From the NCBI GenBank assembly GCA_965644295.1, contig CBFFRP010000572.1, positions 1 through 11,136 on the forward strand: 11,136 nucleotides of DNA, given 5' to 3'. This document shows, one piece after another, positions 8,226-11,136 of the stretch; position 1 is the first letter of the stretch; each line of letters starts with the position of its first letter. The notes under the pieces were generated by a model that saw only the letters and a list, made by a program, of their open reading frames with translations, searched no databases and was not told the DNA's origin. The position numbers and the translations under genes were made by a program. The DNA is from Paraphysomonas bandaiensis. Taxonomy: Eukaryota; Protista; Chrysophyceae.

Positions 8226-11111
8226 TTAGGGTTAGGGTTAGGGTTAGGGTTAGGGTTAGGGTTAGGGTTAGGGTTAGGGTTAGGGTTAGGGTTAGGGTTA
8301 TGGTTAGGGTTAGGGTTAGGGTTATGGTTAGGGTTAGGGTTAGGGTTAGGGTTAGGGTTAGGGTTAGGGTTAGGGTTAGGGTTAGGGTTAGGGTTAGGGT
8401 TAGGGTTAGGGTTAGGGTTAGGGTTAGGGTTAGGGTTAGGGTTAGGGTTAGGGTTAGGGTTAGGGTTAGGGTTAGGGTTAGGGTTAGGGTTAGGGTTAGG
8501 GTTAGGGTTAGGGTTAGGGTTAGGGTTAGGGTTAGGGTTAGGGTTAGGGTTAGGGTTAGGGTTAGGGTTAGGGTTAGGGTTAGGGTTAGGGTTAGGGTTA
8601 GGGTTAGGGTTAGGGTTAGGGTTAGGGTTAGGGTTAGGGTTAGGGTTAGGGTTAGGGTTAGGGTTAGGGTTAGGGTTAGGGTTAGGGTTAGGGTTAGGGT
8701 TAGGGTTAGGGTTAGGGTTAGGGTTAGGGTTAGGGTTAGGGTTAGGGTTAGGGTTAGGGTTAGGGTTAGGGTTAGGGTTAGGGTTAGGGTTAGGGTTAGG
8801 GTTAGGGTTAGGGTTAGGGTTAGGGTTAGGGTTAGGGTTAGGGTTAGGGTTAGGGTTAGGGTTAGGGTTAGGGTTAGGGTTAGGGTTAGGGTTAGGGTTA
8901 GGGTTAGGGTTAGGGTTAGGGTTAGGGTTAGGGTTAGGGTTAGGGTTAGGGTTAGGGTTAGGGTTAGGGTTAGGGTTAGGGTTAGGGTTAGGGTTAGGGT
9001 TAGGGTTAGGGTTAGGGTTAGGGTTAGGGTTAGGGTTAGGGTTAGGGTTAGGGTTAGGGTTAGGGTTAGGGTTAGGGTTAGGGTTAGGGTTAGGGTTAGG
9101 GTTAGGGTTAGGGTTAGGGTTAGGGTTAGGGTTAGGGTTAGGGTTAGGGTTAGGGTTAGGGTTAGGGTTAGGGTTAGGGTTAGGGTTAGGGTTAGGGTTA
9201 GGGTTAGGGTTAGGGTTAGGGTTAGGGTTAGGGTTAGGGTTAGGGTTAGGGTTAGGGTTAGGGTTAGGGTTAGGGTTAGGGTTAGGGTTAGGGTTAGGGT
9301 TAGGGTTAGGGTTAGGGTTAGGGTTAGGGTTAGGGTTAGGGTTAGGGTTAGGGTTAGGGTTAGGGTTAGGGTTAGGGTTAGGGTTAGGGTTAGGGTTAGG
9401 GTTAGGGTTAGGGTTAGGGTTAGGGTTAGGGTTAGGGTTAGGGTTAGGGTTAGGGTTAGGGTTAGGGTTAGGGTTAGGGTTAGGGTTAGGGTTAGGGTTA
9501 GGGTTAGGGTTAGGGTTAGGGTTAGGGTTAGGGTTAGGGTTAGGGTTAGGGTTAGGGTTAGGGTTAGGGTTAGGGTTAGGGTTAGGGTTAGGGTTAGGGT
9601 TAGGGTTAGGGTTAGGGTTAGGGTTAGGGTTAGGGTTAGGGTTAGGGTTAGGGTTAGGGTTAGGGTTAGGGTTAGGGTTAGGGTTAGGGTTAGGGTTAGG
9701 GTTAGGGTTAGGGTTAGGGTTAGGGTTAGGGTTAGGGTTAGGGTTAGGGTTAGGGTTAGGGTTAGGGTTAGGGTTAGGGTTAGGGTTAGGGTTAGGGTTA
9801 GGGTTAGGGTTAGGGTTAGGGTTAGGGTTAGGGTTAGGGTTAGGGTTAGGGTTAGGGTTAGGGTTAGGGTTAGGGTTAGGGTTAGGGTTAGGGTTAGGGT
9901 TAGGGTTAGGGTTAGGGTTAGGGTTAGGGTTAGGGTTAGGGTTAGGGTTAGGGTTAGGGTTAGGGTTAGGGTTAGGGTTAGGGTTAGGGTTAGGGTTAGG
10001 GTTAGGGTTAGGGTTAGGGTTAGGGTTAGGGTTAGGGTTAGGGTTAGGGTTAGGGTTAGGGTTAGGGTTAGGGTTAGGGTTAGGGTTAGGGTTAGGGTTA
10101 GGGTTAGGGTTAGGGTTAGGGTTAGGGTTAGGGTTAGGGTTAGGGTTAGGGTTAGGGTTAGGGTTAGGGTTAGGGTTAGGGTTAGGGTTAGGGTTAGGGT
10201 TAGGGTTAGGGTTAGGGTTAGGGTTAGGGTTAGGGTTAGGGTTAGGGTTAGGGTTAGGGTTAGGGTTAGGGTTAGGGTTAGGGTTAGGGTTAGGGTTAGG
10301 GTTAGGGTTAGGGTTAGGGTTAGGGTTAGGGTTAGGGTTAGGGTTAGGGTTAGGGTTAGGGTTAGGGTTAGGGTTAGGGTTAGGGTTAGGGTTAGGGTTA
10401 GGGTTAGGGTTAGGGTTAGGGTTAGGGTTAGGGTTAGGGTTAGGGTTAGGGTTAGGGTTAGGGTTAGGGTTAGGGTTAGGGTTAGGGTTAGGGTTAGGGT
10501 TAGGGTTAGGGTTAGGGTTAGGGTTAGGGTTAGGGTTAGGGTTAGGGTTAGGGTTAGGGTTAGGGTTAGGGTTAGGGTTAGGGTTAGGGTTAGGGTTAGG
10601 GTTAGGGTTAGGGTTAGGGTTAGGGTTAGGGTTAGGGTTAGGGTTAGGGTTAGGGTTAGGGTTAGGGTTAGGGTTAGGGTTAGGGTTAGGGTTAGGGTTA
10701 GGGTTAGGGTTAGGGTTAGGGTTAGGGTTAGGGTTAGGGTTAGGGTTAGGGTTAGGGTTAGGGTTAGGGTTAGGGTTAGGGTTAGGGTTAGGGTTAGGGT
10801 TAGGGTTAGGGTTAGGGTTAGGGTTAGGGTTAGGGTTAGGGTTAGGGTTAGGGTTAGGGTTAGGGTTAGGGTTAGGGTTAGGGTTAGGGTTAGGGTTAGG
10901 GTTAGGGTTAGGGTTAGGGTTAGGGTTAGGGTTAGGGTTAGGGTTAGGGTTAGGGTTAGGGTTAGGGTTAGGGTTAGGGTTAGGGTTAGGGTTAGGGTTA
11001 GGGTTAGGGTTAGGGTTAGGGTTAGGGTTAGGGTTAGGGTTAGGGTTAGGGTTAGGGTTAGGGTTAGGGTTAGGGTTAGGGTTAGGGTTAGGGTTAGGGT
11101 TAGGGTTAGGG
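8226..11111 (+). repeat. Telomeric array (TTAGGG)n, 481 units, G-rich strand running 5'->3' toward the end
   Basis: 2,886 bp of in-phase hexamers. Only two variant units were seen, both TTATGG (8298-8303 and 8322-8327). The orientation is that of a right-hand chromosome terminus. Confidence 0.99.
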
Positions 11112-11136
11112 AGTTAATGGATGCAATGGAACGAAG
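11112..11136. other. Non-telomeric 25-nt tail, probably sequencing-adapter residue or a noisy read end
   Basis: agttaatggatgcaatggaacgaag contains GCAAT and ends GAACGAAG, resembling the Oxford Nanopore ligation adapter strand GCAATACGTAACTGAACGAAGT as recalled from memory. Confidence 0.5.

Overview
This is a eukaryotic chromosome end, probably from a protist; the G-beta sequence suggests a stramenopile, which is an inference. From left to right: (1) ~3.3 kb of decayed retroelement debris, with Ty1/Copia-like pol fragments in inverted orientation and two ~96%-identical 230-250 bp LTR-like direct repeats; (2) an intact, intronless heterotrimeric G-protein beta subunit gene on the minus strand; (3) a divergently oriented P-loop NTPase gene resembling the NTPase module of Crinkler/RHS (CR) proteins, frameshifted by a 43-bp tandem duplication and then apparently cut by an LTR-like segment; (4) a gag-like ORF whose frameshifted continuation runs without a stop into (5) a 2,886-bp (TTAGGG)n array of 481 units; (6) a 25-nt non-telomeric tail that is probably sequencing-adapter residue. 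The most notable feature is the lack of any subtelomeric buffer. The telomere appears to have been added de novo inside a retroelement ORF, leaving a conserved signalling gene ~3.4 kb from the telomere. All family assignments come from motif recognition by eye; no database searches were run.
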